DNA of 64,000 nucleotides from Candidatus Latescibacterota bacterium (GTDB lineage Bacteria; Latescibacterota; UBA2968): NCBI GenBank assembly GCA_965198115.1, contig OZ240241.1, positions 3,584,001 to 3,648,000 of the forward strand, read 5' to 3'. Shown piece by piece: positions 52,684 to 63,848 of this stretch (position 1 is its first letter; each line of letters starts with the position of its first letter). The notes under the pieces were generated by a model. It saw only the letters and a program-made list of their open reading frames with translations, ran no database searches and was not told where the DNA came from. The position numbers and the translations under genes were made by a program.

Positions 52684-53865
52684 CTACAGGACGCCGCAAT
52701 AACGCATCGCCCCCAGGGCGTAGACACGCGCAGCATCCCCGAGTCTCGCAACCGAAACACTCTCGTTATCCGCGTGCGCAGTCTCATTCGATGGGCCATA
52801 GTAGAACGTCGGGATGCCCGTTCCGTGTACGTAAAGATTCGCATCCCCCACGATGCGCATCCCGATGTATTCGGCCTCTTCTCCGGTAACCTCGCGATGG
52901 GCCTCAGCGAACGCCTGAGCCGACGGATCGCTGGTGGGTGTTTCGAACGGTTCACGCTCGTGGACCATCGACACATCCAGCTCCAGGCCGCCATCATTCG
53001 CGAAGTCTGCAGCCAAAGTTTCCAATTCTGTCAGACAGCCATCGGCGGTGCGGCCGGGCGACCACCGACGCGTCCCGGTCAGCTTACACGTCACAGGAGT
53101 CCGGTTGAAATAGTCTCCCGCTTCCACAATGCCGATGTCGATCCGCTCGGCTCCCGCCAGAGGGTGCACGTCCCCATTATCGAGCTCCGTCTGACGTTGA
53201 TGGATCCTCTGAATCAGATCGCCAACGAACCGGATCGGATTCTCCGAGAAGGGCACATATTGCGTATGCGTTCCTCCGCGCGGGGACTGAAGCTCGATCG
53301 TCCACACCATCGAGCCCATACTCATCACCCACAGGGCGTCCGGTCCCTCCACGATGACGATTCGGTCTCCGCAAAGTCGTCCCGCGTTGAGGTCCCCGAT
53401 GAGCGCTTTGGGTCCATCTTTGTCGGCCACTGGCTCCTCGTGTCCGACCACGGCCGTGACCCAAACGTCCCCTTTCAAGTTGACACCCGACTCGATCAGA
53501 GCCTTTGCAGCACCAGCGAGTGACGCCATCCCACCCTTCATATCCGTTGTCCCCCGCCCGGTGATCGTGTCTCCATCGCGCCCGGGCGCAACACAATCTC
53601 CAATCGGAATCGTATCCAGATGACCGTTGAACACCAACGAAGGGCCGTCACCGCATCCAGCGATCTTCGCGTAGAGATTGTTCCGTCCCGGCGTCACCTC
53701 TCTGACATCGACCTCGAGCCCGATCTCCTTCATCAACTCGCAGTACTGTGCACAGACGGCCGCCTCATCCATCGTCACGCTGGGGGTCTGCACCAACGCC
53801 AGCGTCTGCTCCGCAATCCACTCCTGGTTGACACGCTCCAGCACATTCTCGTGCGTGGCGTTCAT
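52684..53865 (-). CDS. M20 family (ArgE/DapE-like) metallo-hydrolase
   Basis: FNGHLDT, GRGTTDMKGG, GHEE, AHADNE. Confidence 0.9.
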   Translation of the reverse strand: MNATHENVLERVNQEWIAEQTLALVQTPSVTMDEAAVCAQYCELMKEIGLEVDVREVTPGRNNLYAKIAGCGDGPSLVFNGHLDTIPIGDCVAPGRDGDTITGRGTTDMKGGMASLAGAAKALIESGVNLKGDVWVTAVVGHEEPVADKDGPKALIGDLNAGRLCGDRIVIVEGPDALWVMSMGSMVWTIELQSPRGGTHTQYVPFSENPIRFVGDLIQRIHQRQTELDNGDVHPLAGAERIDIGIVEAGDYFNRTPVTCKLTGTRRWSPGRTADGCLTELETLAADFANDGGLELDVSMVHEREPFETPTSDPSAQAFAEAHREVTGEEAEYIGMRIVGDANLYVHGTGIPTFYYGPSNETAHADNESVSVARLGDAARVYALGAMRYCGVL

Positions 53866-54185
53866 CCCAGCTTCCCCCTTCGTGTTGGAGTATGTCCCAG
53901 TGAAACGCCGACATAAGAAGCCAGAAGGTCCGACTTCCCAAGCGTTCTGCTTCCAAACATCACCCGCTCGCAGTGAGCACTCGACGATCTCACGGTCAAG
54001 GTCGTATTACCAGGAGTAACAGTCGAAGACTTCGATGCGGCGGAAAGGAAGAGTCCCGGGAAGGCGAGGTGTAATGACCGGTTTTGGTTGGCTCGTTGGC
54101 CCGATGGACCAACAGGCGATATCACTGACTTCGCCGAGTCGTGCGCCACTCGGATCCCGGCAACTTCGTTCTATGCGCCCACCAT

Positions 54186-55169
54186 CTACCGAGCGACGCG
54201 AACAGGCTTCTTCCCCGCGACCGACTTGTAGACCGCCTCGGACAGACGAGCGACCTGCAATGCGTAGTCAGGTGGCGAGTAGCCCTTACCGTCGCCGCGG
54301 ATCCAGTCGAAGAAAGCCTGGTCTGGTGTGGTTTCCTTGATGCTCTTCGGGACCTTTAGAGGATCGTCGTTCAGCAGAACGGAACGGAGCTTCCACTTGT
54401 GGAGATGGAAGACCAGGCACCCCTCGGTTCCGTGAATCGCCACCCGTTCGTCGTGCATACGTGCGTTTCCAAACGTATTGATCGTACCCAAGGCGCCACC
54501 CTTGAATCGCACGTTCACAACCGCATTGATATCGACCTTCTTACCCGCGTTCGTCAGGAACGCGGACACCTCCGCGGGCTCGAGGCCGGTCAGCCAGAGC
54601 ATAACGGCAACTAGGTGGCTGCCCGTGTCGATGAACATGCCGCCACCCGACAGCTCGGGATCCATCCGCCATCCACGAATACCACCCCAGTTCTGAGTCA
54701 CGTAGCCCGTAATTCCTACAATTTCACCAAGAGCCCCGTCCCTGATCGCCTGCCTGGCGGCCTGGTATTCCGGATAGTAGTGGCGCTGGTAAGCCACCTG
54801 CACATAGCACTTCCGTTTGTCAGCAAGCGCGATCAACCCCTTGGTGTGACGGGAAGAAATCGTCAGGGGCTTCTCCACGCAGACGTGGCAACCCTTTTGA
54901 AGACTGAGGCGCGCCTGTTGGTAGTGAACAGCGTGAGGTGAGCTGATCAGAATGGCCTCCATATCCTCCTGGCGAATCATCCTGTTGTAGTCTTCGTAGT
55001 AGGCAGCTTCCTTTCCCCACGCATCGAGCAGGGTTTCCGCATTTTCCTTGTTCGTGTCGGCGACGCACACGATCTCGATGCGTCCGTCGTCCTCCAACCT
55101 CGGCAGATGGGCGCGCTGCATATTCCCACCGCACCCGATCAGTCCTACCTGGATCGCTCGCTTCGCCAT
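54186..55169 (-). CDS. Gfo/Idh/MocA family oxidoreductase
   Basis: GLIGCG, HVCVEKP, GGGMFIDTGSH. Confidence 0.92.
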   Translation of the reverse strand: MAKRAIQVGLIGCGGNMQRAHLPRLEDDGRIEIVCVADTNKENAETLLDAWGKEAAYYEDYNRMIRQEDMEAILISSPHAVHYQQARLSLQKGCHVCVEKPLTISSRHTKGLIALADKRKCYVQVAYQRHYYPEYQAARQAIRDGALGEIVGITGYVTQNWGGIRGWRMDPELSGGGMFIDTGSHLVAVMLWLTGLEPAEVSAFLTNAGKKVDINAVVNVRFKGGALGTINTFGNARMHDERVAIHGTEGCLVFHLHKWKLRSVLLNDDPLKVPKSIKETTPDQAFFDWIRGDGKGYSPPDYALQVARLSEAVYKSVAGKKPVRVAR

Positions 55170-55218
55170 CGTCCTCTCCTCGACCGGTCGAGCACAAAAC
55201 CACGGACCGGTTCTCGTT

Positions 55219-56028
55219 TCAGGCCACCTTGGGAGCTTGAAGCGTCATCTCGCTACGACCTCCAAGACCGGACACCACAGGAAAGGCCCTTTCTCGGGGG
55301 CCATTGCTCCTCGCCTTGTAGTGAACCGTCGGCGGAAAGTATGCATAGAGCGCGGTATGTCTCGCATCAGCCGTCTTGTTGGGACCCGAGCCGTGAGCCA
55401 CAAGACTGTGGAACATCAGCGCGCTGCCCGCCTTCAGCGGGACCTCGATCGCGCCGCCCGTGTCCAGGTCTTCACGATCGGTCATTTTTCCATCGTCCTC
55501 ACGCGCGATGCGTCCCCACTCCTGCAACCCCCACTTATGGCTCTCGGGAATGACCTGGATACAACCGTTCTCCGGCGTACTGTCCGTCAGGGCGATACTC
55601 ACCGTCACCAGCGACGGCGGTTCCATCGGCCAGTAGGCCGAGTCCTGATGAAAAGAGTGAGCCGATCCGTGATGCGCCGGCTTCAGCATCAGGGTACTTC
55701 GGAACAGCAGCAGGTCGTCTCCAAGAAGGCTGCGAACGGCTTCTATCAGCTTCGGATGCTCTGAAAGCGCCTTGAACGCATCCGAGTACTCCCTCGTGCT
55801 TTCGATCTTTCGCAACACGGGAAGCCCATCGGTCTCCTGAGTCTTCGCGTAGGGTTCCAGCTGAAAAGATGTCGCTGCGGGGTCGTCATTTGCCTTGAAT
55901 TCGGCAGCGAGTTCGTGGAGTCGAGCGATCTCGGTCTCACAACGATCGATCTCTTCCTGAGTCATGAAGTTTTCCAGGATGTAGTAGCCTTTTTCCTCGA
56001 ACGACGCGTGTAAGGCTTCGGGCGTCAT
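55219..56028 (-). CDS. Phytanoyl-CoA dioxygenase (PhyH) family protein
   Basis: KP, FHQD..YW, ENGCIQVIPESH, HGSGPN...R. Confidence 0.92.
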   Translation of the reverse strand: MTPEALHASFEEKGYYILENFMTQEEIDRCETEIARLHELAAEFKANDDPAATSFQLEPYAKTQETDGLPVLRKIESTREYSDAFKALSEHPKLIEAVRSLLGDDLLLFRSTLMLKPAHHGSAHSFHQDSAYWPMEPPSLVTVSIALTDSTPENGCIQVIPESHKWGLQEWGRIAREDDGKMTDREDLDTGGAIEVPLKAGSALMFHSLVAHGSGPNKTADARHTALYAYFPPTVHYKARSNGPRERAFPVVSGLGGRSEMTLQAPKVA

Positions 56029-56029
56029 C

Positions 56030-56470
56030 TCATACATCCCCCATAAACCGTCTGAGGTAGGCGGCAATCAGAATGACGACCGTACCCAGGACCATACTGA
56101 CCGTCATCCAACGCTTTCGATTCGCCTTTACTCGAGCGAACGCGTCGCCCGGGACCGTCAGCATGAATCCGATCTTGAAGACAACGAGGGCAAGCACGAT
56201 TTTCACGATCAGGCCGTATAGATAGGGTTTTGCCGACAGCGATCCGTTGACCGCTGCCATACCCACCTGGTAGAGTCCCGTGATCAACAGAAGCCCGATG
56301 CTGATCCACAGGATCTGGCGGAACCGGTCGACGATCGCCCCCATTATCTCGGCACGTCGTTCCTCCGGCATCCCCTCGACGACAGGGAGCAGGACGAACC
56401 GGACGAACGCCACACCGCCGACGGCGATCACGGCAGCCATCACGTGGAGCCACTGGGCAAGAACGGTCAA
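56030..56470 (-). CDS. CopD-like four-TM membrane protein
   Basis: WLHVMAAVIAVGG, LLLITG, VKIVL. Start uncertain. Confidence 0.7.
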   Translation of the reverse strand: MTVLAQWLHVMAAVIAVGGVAFVRFVLLPVVEGMPEERRAEIMGAIVDRFRQILWISIGLLLITGLYQVGMAAVNGSLSAKPYLYGLIVKIVLALVVFKIGFMLTVPGDAFARVKANRKRWMTVSMVLGTVVILIAAYLRRFMGDV

Positions 56471-56619
56471 CTTTCGGGTCTCGATCCTGTTGAAGGTGAA
56501 AGACTTGCGGGGTTCAGAGAATGCAACCACCCCCCGCACGCGTCAAGCAAAAAGGCTGCAAACAGAAAGGCCGTCCGGGGATCCCGAAAACGGCCTTGGT
56601 CGTCACTTTCCGATCACGA

Positions 56620-57652
56620 CTAAAAAGAAGGTCTCAGATTCGTGGAGTCCCGCGGAACCACGACAAACCCGAGTGAGTCGACGGAAGCCGACCCGAACAC
56701 GCCAATACCCCCTTCGAGATTGAACTGAGGGAATTTGAAGTTATCCCCTGTGGTTCCCCCGAACCCCCCCCTCGCTACCGAACTCCGGACTCGTTCGAAT
56801 GAAGTCGAACCAGTTCTGGTCCACTGCGAAGACCTTGATCTTATGCCTTCCCGCGAAGTAGACGGCGAACCAAGGCAGACGCAGACTCCCATCTTCGGCC
56901 TCAAACGCCGGGGAACTCTCCTGGCGGTTGAAGTCGGCAAAATCGGAATCGTCCAGAAAGTCGCCATCGATCACGAACGGCGATCCCATATCCAGACTGA
57001 AAATCCCCACCCGGTAACCGGCAGCCGTAATCGGATCGAACCGCGCCTCCAGCAGACCCTCCTGGTAGACGACCTGGTTCTCAGGAGATCCGAACACTGC
57101 CTCTTCCCCATCCCGAAAAGTTCGGAACTGACGCGTCACAGCAAGTGATTCCTCGTCGAGCAGAACGCCCTCCCGGATCGACAGCCGCGCGGGAGTGACC
57201 GTCGTCCCGGTCAAAACCCGACTGCCCGCCTCCACGCGGATCGTGTAGATCGTCTCCGGTAGAACCACGGACGGATCGGCTGGAGGGCGGTAGAGCGACT
57301 TCTGATCGGGATCGTTCGCGTAGATGAAGTTTCGACCCTCGGTCTGGATCTCGACCCTCGCGCCTGCCACACCCGAGTTATCATCCGTCACCGGCTGCCC
57401 CGGCGCGATCGTCTTCGACAGGAGAATATCGGGCAACGGCCGGTCGACAATCAGCAGCGCATCGAGGACGAGCCGCCCTTCATCGATCTGACTCCCGAAG
57501 AGCTCACCAGGTCCCCGATCCGTCGAGCACGCAGACGAAACGCACAGGGCTGCAGCAAAAAAGACAAGAAGCCTTGTCCTTCCGTTCGTGTGTGAAACCT
57601 GCCCCGAACGAATGTGAGAGGTGTGTTTCGTGGTTGGCTTCTCAGAATTCAA
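56620..57652 (-). CDS. DUF4249-like lipoprotein (frameshift in a G-run near 56764-56772)
   Basis: Lipobox-like VSSAC; family-type C-terminus NLEGGIGVFGS lies in the shifted frame; follows a TonB receptor. Start uncertain. Confidence 0.75.
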
Positions 57653-59882
57653 AGTCCACCCCCAACGTTGGCACGACGGGCAACATCTTGAATACCCTCG
57701 GCGTCTGATCGCCCCCATTGTCGTTTTCGACGAACCATTCGTTTCTCCGATTGTAAACGTTGAAAACCTGCAGATACCATTCGGCGGCCGTTCCGAACAG
57801 CCTGAACTTGCGCTTCATGCTCAAGTCGAGTCGATGATACGGCAACAGCCGGTTGCTGTTCTTGTCCCCCGGAATCGCATACCGGTCGGTTTGGAACTCG
57901 CTCGTGGCCGGTGCGCGTAGCGCGTATCGACCCACGACAGGGGTGAAGGCCTGTCCGGTACCGTAGACCAGATTGGTTCCCCACGTCCACTTTCCCGTGC
58001 GATAGCTCAGAACGAACGACAGATCGTGCCGCCGATCGTATTTGACCGGATACTCACGCCCCCCGTTCAGCTCTTCGAACATACGCCGGGTCCAACCCAG
58101 CGTATAGCCGATCCATCCGGTCAGACGGCCCGTCCTTTTTTGTAGGAAAAGCTCGACACCGGTCGCATACCCGGTGCCCCGCGTGACGAAGACATCCTCG
58201 GACGTTGTTCCCTCGCTGTCCACGGGCACATCTTGATCGATGACGACCAGATTCGCCATATCCGTGTAATAGCCCTCGAGGGACAGCTTGTAGTCGTCCG
58301 ACGGTTCGTATTCGAACCCCCCCACCGCCTGCCACGATTCTCCCGGCTGGACCGTATCGTCGAGCGGAACCCAGAAGTCGCTGCCGCTGAAAGCCTCCGT
58401 CGTCACTAGCTGCAGATACTGCGTGTAGGATCCACCACCGAGTTTGAGTCGAAAACCGGGTTTCAGCTCCTGGCTAAAGCTGATCCGCGGCTCCACCCGC
58501 ACGTTTTCTTGATTGGTGAAGTAATTGCCACGCAGCCCCAGGCGAATACTCGTCTTCGACGTCGGCTGCCAGTGATCCTGGAGATAGACGGAATGGAGGG
58601 AGGGCGTTTCCTTCAAATCGAGTTGCTCGTCCTGGTTGAACACCTGCCGAAATCGGAAATCGTACCACGTCGAGAGTCCACCCATCGTAATCGTATGATG
58701 GCTCGTGGCGAAGTAGTCGATGTCCCCTTGACCAAGAAGTCGCGGATGCCGTTCGAAATCAGGATGGGCGTGTCGAAGATCTTCAGTTCCGTGTCGCTGA
58801 AGTACTTGCTCCCTGCGATCATGAAGTTTCCGTAGAGACTCGAATTGAAAATGTGATTCCACTTCGCCGTCGCCGCCGTGTTACCCCACCGGATCGTGAA
58901 AAACGTGTCGGCCTCCAGGTCGAACAGGAGGTCGTCGCGACCCAGATAGGCGCTGACCGTCAGTTTATCGTTGTCTCCCCAATCCTGATTCAACTTTGCG
59001 TTTACATTGAAAAAGTAATAGCTCGGAATATCGGTGCTGTCCGACCGGACCAGCGACAGGACCGGCTCCAGGTAAGTCCGCCGCCCCGAAACCATCCACG
59101 ACCCGCTCTTCGTCGGACCCTCGAGCGTCAGACGTCCCGAAATCAGGCTGACGCCCCCGGTCCCCTGGAAACGCTTCCGATTGCCGTCCCGATTTCTCAC
59201 GTCCAGAACGGAACCGAGCCGCCCCCCATACTGAGCCGGGTAGGCCCCCTTGTGAAGACTCATGTCTTTGATTGCGTCGGAGTTGAACGTCGAGAAGAAC
59301 CCGAACGCGTGGCTCGGATTGTAGAGAGGAATCTGGTCGAGCAGGATCAACGTCTGATCCGGCCCACCGCCCCGAATGTAGAGACCCGAGCTGATGTCCG
59401 AAGCGGCCTGAATCCCGGGCAGGAGCGGCAGACTCCTGAGGATATCGGCTTCGCCGAATGAGGGGAGATCCTGGATCTTCGCCGTCTCGAGCGTAATGAA
59501 ACCCGTCTGAATCCGCTCCTCATCCTCATCCCCGACGCGCCTCCACGACGATCTCCGCACCCACGATCGTTTCCGGTTCGAGGGCAATCTCAACACGCTG
59601 CTCATCCACGTCGGAAACGGTCACCGAATCCCGAAAACTCTTGTAACCGATGTAGGAGACCACCAGACTGTATGAGCCTGCCGGAATCGACTTGAGCGCG
59701 AAGTACCCTTCACCGTTACTCAACACCCCGAATACGACATCGCCTCGTCTCAGAACGGCATTCGCATAGGGAAGCGTCTCGGCACTGCTATCGTCCCTCA
59801 CGTATCCACTGATCGTCCCCGCCAGCACACGACCCGCCGACATCACCATCAGCAACGCTACCACCACGAACCTTACAATCAA
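57642..59882 (-). CDS. TonB-dependent receptor with N-terminal carboxypeptidase-regulatory-like domain (frameshifts near 59530 and 58730)
   Basis: ISGYVRD...LPYA, VSYIGY, LPGI...GLYIRGG..DQ, YGGRLGSV, EPR, YHRLD, NVYNRRN, terminal F. Confidence 0.92.
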
Positions 59883-59944
59883 CCCAATCCCCTCCGATTT
59901 GAATTCTGAGTTTGCAATGCGTTTAAAATGCCATCGATAGCCAG

Positions 59945-60382
59945 TCAGCCGCTTGAAGCCGCCGTCTGAATCAGCACAGCCCGCTCCTGAATCCGGGTGA
60001 GGATGCGATCCATTTCATCCCGGTCGTCCCCCGACAGACCGTCCGTACGCCACGCTTGATCGTCCTCTTTCTTCTGCTTGGTCATCTGAACGCTCACCTC
60101 GCCGGACAGCAAGTCGTAGATCACGGATACGCGTTTGCGACGAGACACACCAAGGAAATTCTGACTCACGAAACTGGATTCTTCTCGCCAACCGGTCGTG
60201 ATCACGCCGGTCGCCGGTTCGGCCGTTTCAATCGTGTAGCCTTCGTTGCTCAGAATGACAACCGCTGCGTTGACGAGCGCATCGGGGTTCACGTCCTCCA
60301 CGGGAGCCGTGACGGACGAAGGTCGAACGACGTCACACGAAACCACGAACGCGAGCACACAAAGCACGCTTACCTGTTTCAT
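59945..60382 (-). CDS. Lipoprotein, hypothetical
   Basis: MKQVSVLCVLAFVVSC lipobox; GVITTGW; GGAGG RBS. Confidence 0.75.
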   Translation of the reverse strand: MKQVSVLCVLAFVVSCDVVRPSSVTAPVEDVNPDALVNAAVVILSNEGYTIETAEPATGVITTGWREESSFVSQNFLGVSRRKRVSVIYDLLSGEVSVQMTKQKKEDDQAWRTDGLSGDDRDEMDRILTRIQERAVLIQTAASSG

Positions 60383-60481
60383 AACAACCTCCCAGTTGAA
60401 TGAATGTCCTGGTCAGGGAGTATCGCCATCTGGTTCCTGAACACCCCACAGATGGAAAAGTGTCACCTGTCCATTCGTAAT

Positions 60482-60497
60482 TGCAAGGGATGTGCCA
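60482..60497 (-). promoter_or_regulatory. Sigma54 (RpoN) -24/-12 promoter
   Basis: Consensus match TGGCAC-ATCCC-TTGCA, 100 bp upstream of the 60382 ATG. Confidence 0.8.
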
Positions 60498-60861
60498 GAT
60501 TCGCGAAGGCCTACCAGAGCGCCAGGCACGCCTGGAATGCCTCAAAGTGTAGACAAATTGCCACAGGTTGTATCGCTCGGATCACGGTGGATTGGTCGAA
60601 GGGGTTGGCGGAGCACGTGTCTCACCCAGATGCCCAGCCACGTATCACAGGATGTGTTAGATGCGGAATGACTCAGGGAAGATTCGATGAAGCGAAGAGG
60701 AAGGCGCCAATTGTAGAGAGACCGGGTCGGGTCTCTTCTCCCGGATGGATTGAAAAGCTGTCAGCGAAGTCGAAATACGCTTTGGCGACGGGCGCGTTGA
60801 ACCGGGGCGCGACAGAGCAATCGGGGTTGGAGGTGCGGGTGACGCGTTTTGGGCATTCAGC

Positions 60862-61323
60862 TCAGCCGCCGTCTCCTGGCATCCACTCGAACATCCGGTA
60901 GCGCTCCCCGTCCATCCCGAGCGCGCCATAGGCGGAACAGGCGATCTCGTTCGTATGGTGTACGTATAATCGAAGGCCTTTCAGGTCCTCGGTCGTTTCC
61001 ACGAGGTGCTTCAGATGGATGTAGAGCTGCTTGAACACGCCTTGCCGCCTCGCCTCCGGCACGACGTAGAGCGAGTGGATCCAGACGACATCGCCGTTCC
61101 GCCAGTCGCTCCACTCCCTCACCGTCAAGAGTCCACCCACCGGCTCCTCATCGATCTCCGCCAGGAAGTATTCGCCCTTCGTCGGATCGAGAAACACCGC
61201 ACGCACCCCCTCTTCAAGCGTGGCTCGGTCGAGAGGCATGCCTTCCGTCTCCTGGGCCATCTGCTGCTGGAAGTCGACGATCGTCTCCAGATCCTCGATA
61301 ACGGCCGACCGAACCTGCACCAT
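60862..61323 (-). CDS. GNAT family N-acetyltransferase
   Basis: EWSDWRNG, LYVVPEARRQG, GLRLYV...N. Confidence 0.9.
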   Translation of the reverse strand: MVQVRSAVIEDLETIVDFQQQMAQETEGMPLDRATLEEGVRAVFLDPTKGEYFLAEIDEEPVGGLLTVREWSDWRNGDVVWIHSLYVVPEARRQGVFKQLYIHLKHLVETTEDLKGLRLYVHHTNEIACSAYGALGMDGERYRMFEWMPGDGG

Positions 61324-62264
61324 CAGGCCGCCCTCACCGCCGGAGCCAGAATCCCGAGTCGGTCACGCCATTCATCAGCCAGATCACTCAGATGGTCGAG
61401 CAAGATCCGGTCAACCTCGTGAAACTCGAAATCTCGGACCCGGCAAGTGGGGCCGATGGCCATGCCCCGTCGGGAGAGATACAGCTTTGAAGCCGCGGGA
61501 TAGTTATGCGCAACCGCCTTCTCCGCAACCGTCAGAAAACGCTGCAGAGCCCGAGCGTCCTCCGGCCTATCGGCGAAGGACTGGCAGAGCCAGACGTGGA
61601 GATCGGGATAGACGTTCGCCGACACACCGCAGAACCCGTCGCCCCCGGCGAGGAGGGAATCGAGCAGGGTTGCCGTGTTGGCGTTGTAAAACCGCAAGGG
61701 TGTCCCCTTCACAGCCTCGATCTTCTCCTGGATCGTCGGGACGGAACGGCTTGTTTCCTTGATGAACTTGAATCGACCCGACGAGGCGCACCAACCAAGG
61801 GTCGACGGCTCCAGCAACCGATGATAGGGTTGTGGACACTCGTAGATACCAAGGTCTGCATTCGTCCCTTCGAGAAGGCGGGAGACGTTTTCCTTCCACA
61901 CGTCATCGCCTTCCCCCTCCTGGGCCATTTGGGACGCGATCACCACGACGCCGTTCACACCCGTCTCCGCCATTCTCTCCACGAACGCCGAATGGTCGGC
62001 CGTCGGACCCCCGAACGTACCCGATGCGAATATGGGCACGCGATTCTGAACGACGTCTGCGATATGTCTGGCCACGTTCAGTCGTTCGTCCTCATCCATC
62101 GTATACATCTCGCTCGAAAGACAGACGGCAAACAGACCCTGCACACCCGATGCCAGATACCATTCCGTCAATTCGGTCAGCCCGTCCCAATCCACAGCTT
62201 TGGACTCGGTGAAGGGCGTCAACATGACCGGCCATACACCGTTACGCGATCTTTGGTCAGACAT
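61323..62264 (-). CDS. Dihydrodipicolinate synthase family lyase
   Basis: PVMLTPF, CLSSE, IYECPQPY, IKETS. Confidence 0.88.
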   Translation of the reverse strand: MSDQRSRNGVWPVMLTPFTESKAVDWDGLTELTEWYLASGVQGLFAVCLSSEMYTMDEDERLNVARHIADVVQNRVPIFASGTFGGPTADHSAFVERMAETGVNGVVVIASQMAQEGEGDDVWKENVSRLLEGTNADLGIYECPQPYHRLLEPSTLGWCASSGRFKFIKETSRSVPTIQEKIEAVKGTPLRFYNANTATLLDSLLAGGDGFCGVSANVYPDLHVWLCQSFADRPEDARALQRFLTVAEKAVAHNYPAASKLYLSRRGMAIGPTCRVRDFEFHEVDRILLDHLSDLADEWRDRLGILAPAVRAA

Positions 62265-62276
62265 ATCGAACCCTTT

Positions 62277-63059
62277 CTAGTAGTAATCCGTGATGCGCTC
62301 GAATCGATGTCGAACCGTGTAGGGATCGAGACGTTCTCCCTTCTTGTAGCCGCGTGCAGCCGCCTGTGCGGATTCGAGGCGCTTGTACCGAATCTCGAAT
62401 TCGATCGGCGAATCGAACGTAAAGGGCTCTGCGGATCCCGACCTGCCGGCGGCGCGTTTCGCCCCCTCGAAGATCTCGTCGATCGCACGCCGAGGGTGCT
62501 TACTCACGGCGGCATTCTATCCCTTGCCCTCTTTCGTCGTCACAATCTCGATACCCTCGAAGAATCTGGATGCCTCAGCCACGGCCTTGTCGTCGCTCGA
62601 TGTGAAAATCGGCGGGACCCCCATTTCTCCAGCCACGGCAGCGTCGATCTGCATCTCCCCCACCTCGACACCGTTGACCTTCATATACTGATACGTCGCG
62701 GAGCTGAAGCTGTGACACATCACCCCGTCGATCGTGTTGTCCATCGCGTGGTACCCGACAAACTGGATGCCGTCGAACGTTTCGTCAACGCCCGGCCATC
62801 GACGTTCGAACCCGACTCCGAGAGCGATGTCGCACCGGGAATCTAGCAGGTCGTAGTCGAGATTCAGGCTTCCGTTGTGATTGTCCCACACGATCACTTG
62901 TTCCGCCCCCGCCTCGAACAGCCCACGAGCGGCGGCGTCGGCCTCCCGCGTCGCCTGAAGTTTGGCGAACTCCAGATTCCTGGAGCTGTTGAGCGAGGCG
63001 CCCGGCGAACCAACTCCGCACGCGACGCCTTCACAATCCACTCCGATCGCGAATTTCAT
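62277..63059 (-). pseudogene. M55 family (DppA-like) D-aminopeptidase with an in-frame TAG at 62517-62519
   Basis: VDCEG, WDNH, VGYHA, HSF, GE, SDD; KEGKG*NAAVSKHP continues in frame to 62277. Confidence 0.88.
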
Positions 63060-63071
63060 TCCGTCTCCTCG

Positions 63072-63848
63072 TCAGGATACTCTGCCGATGATGACCCCGG
63101 CCGAGTCCACCTCCGTCCTCAGAATCTGAAGTTCTTCCGCGGTCGGCGCGTCCGTCACGGGTGGGTCATCCACCATCCTCAATTCGAACCCGGTCGCATT
63201 CTGCACGTCCTCTCTCGTCACACCCGGGTGAAGGCTCGACACTTCCATCCGTCCATCCTCACCATACCCCATCACACATAGGTCCGTGATCACCCGGTAA
63301 GGCCCCGTGTCGCTCGGCAGCCCTGCTTCGATTCTCGAGCCACGCCCGGTCAGATAGCCCGGTGAGGTCAGGAAATCCACCGTCTCCACGAACCGTCTCC
63401 GGCTGTGCTCGGTCAGTACCATCGTTCTCCAGCAGAAACTGGCAAAGTCGTTGCCTCCACCACTTCCGGGGAGCCGCACGGAGGGTTTCTCAAAGGGGCC
63501 AATCACGGTCGAGTTCAGGTTACCGTACGCGTCGATCTGAGCACCCCCGAGGAAGGCGTAGTCGATCAGTCCTCTTTGACACATCTCGAAGACGTCCGAC
63601 ATCGACGTCGTCATCACTGCACGGTGAGCCGTCCGTGAATCCCCCACCGAGATTGGCATTGCCGGAAGCTCTGGGCCCAGACCGCCTGCTTCGAACACGA
63701 CGAACAGTTCGGGAGCGTGCGTCTTTTGCGCCAACATCGCGGCCGCGCAGGGCGCGCCCGTCCCCACACCGACCGTGGCGCCGTCTTCCAGGAAGCGTGA
63801 CGCCACGCAGATCATCAGTTCAATGGCGTTGTAGGATCGATCACTCAT
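63072..63848 (-). CDS. CoA-transferase subunit beta (glutaconate / 3-oxoacid type)
   Basis: VGTG.P, FEAG, FLGGAQIDAYGNLN, RLPGSGG, SLHPGV. Confidence 0.9.
   Translation of the reverse strand: MSDRSYNAIELMICVASRFLEDGATVGVGTGAPCAAAMLAQKTHAPELFVVFEAGGLGPELPAMPISVGDSRTAHRAVMTTSMSDVFEMCQRGLIDYAFLGGAQIDAYGNLNSTVIGPFEKPSVRLPGSGGGNDFASFCWRTMVLTEHSRRRFVETVDFLTSPGYLTGRGSRIEAGLPSDTGPYRVITDLCVMGYGEDGRMEVSSLHPGVTREDVQNATGFELRMVDDPPVTDAPTAEELQILRTEVDSAGVIIGRVS

Noticed and set aside
53870-54185. Possible ncRNA or small gene in a 315-bp gap
   Set aside because: No recognisable RNA motif, terminator or convincing ORF by eye.
2183-59530. Programmed frameshifting or phase variation in the many frameshifted genes (selenoprotein, both patatins, istA, istB, sulfatase, TauD, TonB receptor, DUF4249)
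   Set aside because: Mostly 1-nt changes in short homopolymers across unrelated genes, best explained by long-read consensus errors (true pseudogenisation not excluded). Only the IS630 TTTTCCCCCC junction is a plausible programmed site.
2855-62846. Long antisense or overlapping ORFs in the track (e.g. 2855..3982, 4450..5685, 7537..8847, 16260..17489, 61506..62846)
   Set aside because: Shadows of real genes on the opposite strand in GC-rich DNA; no recognisable motifs.
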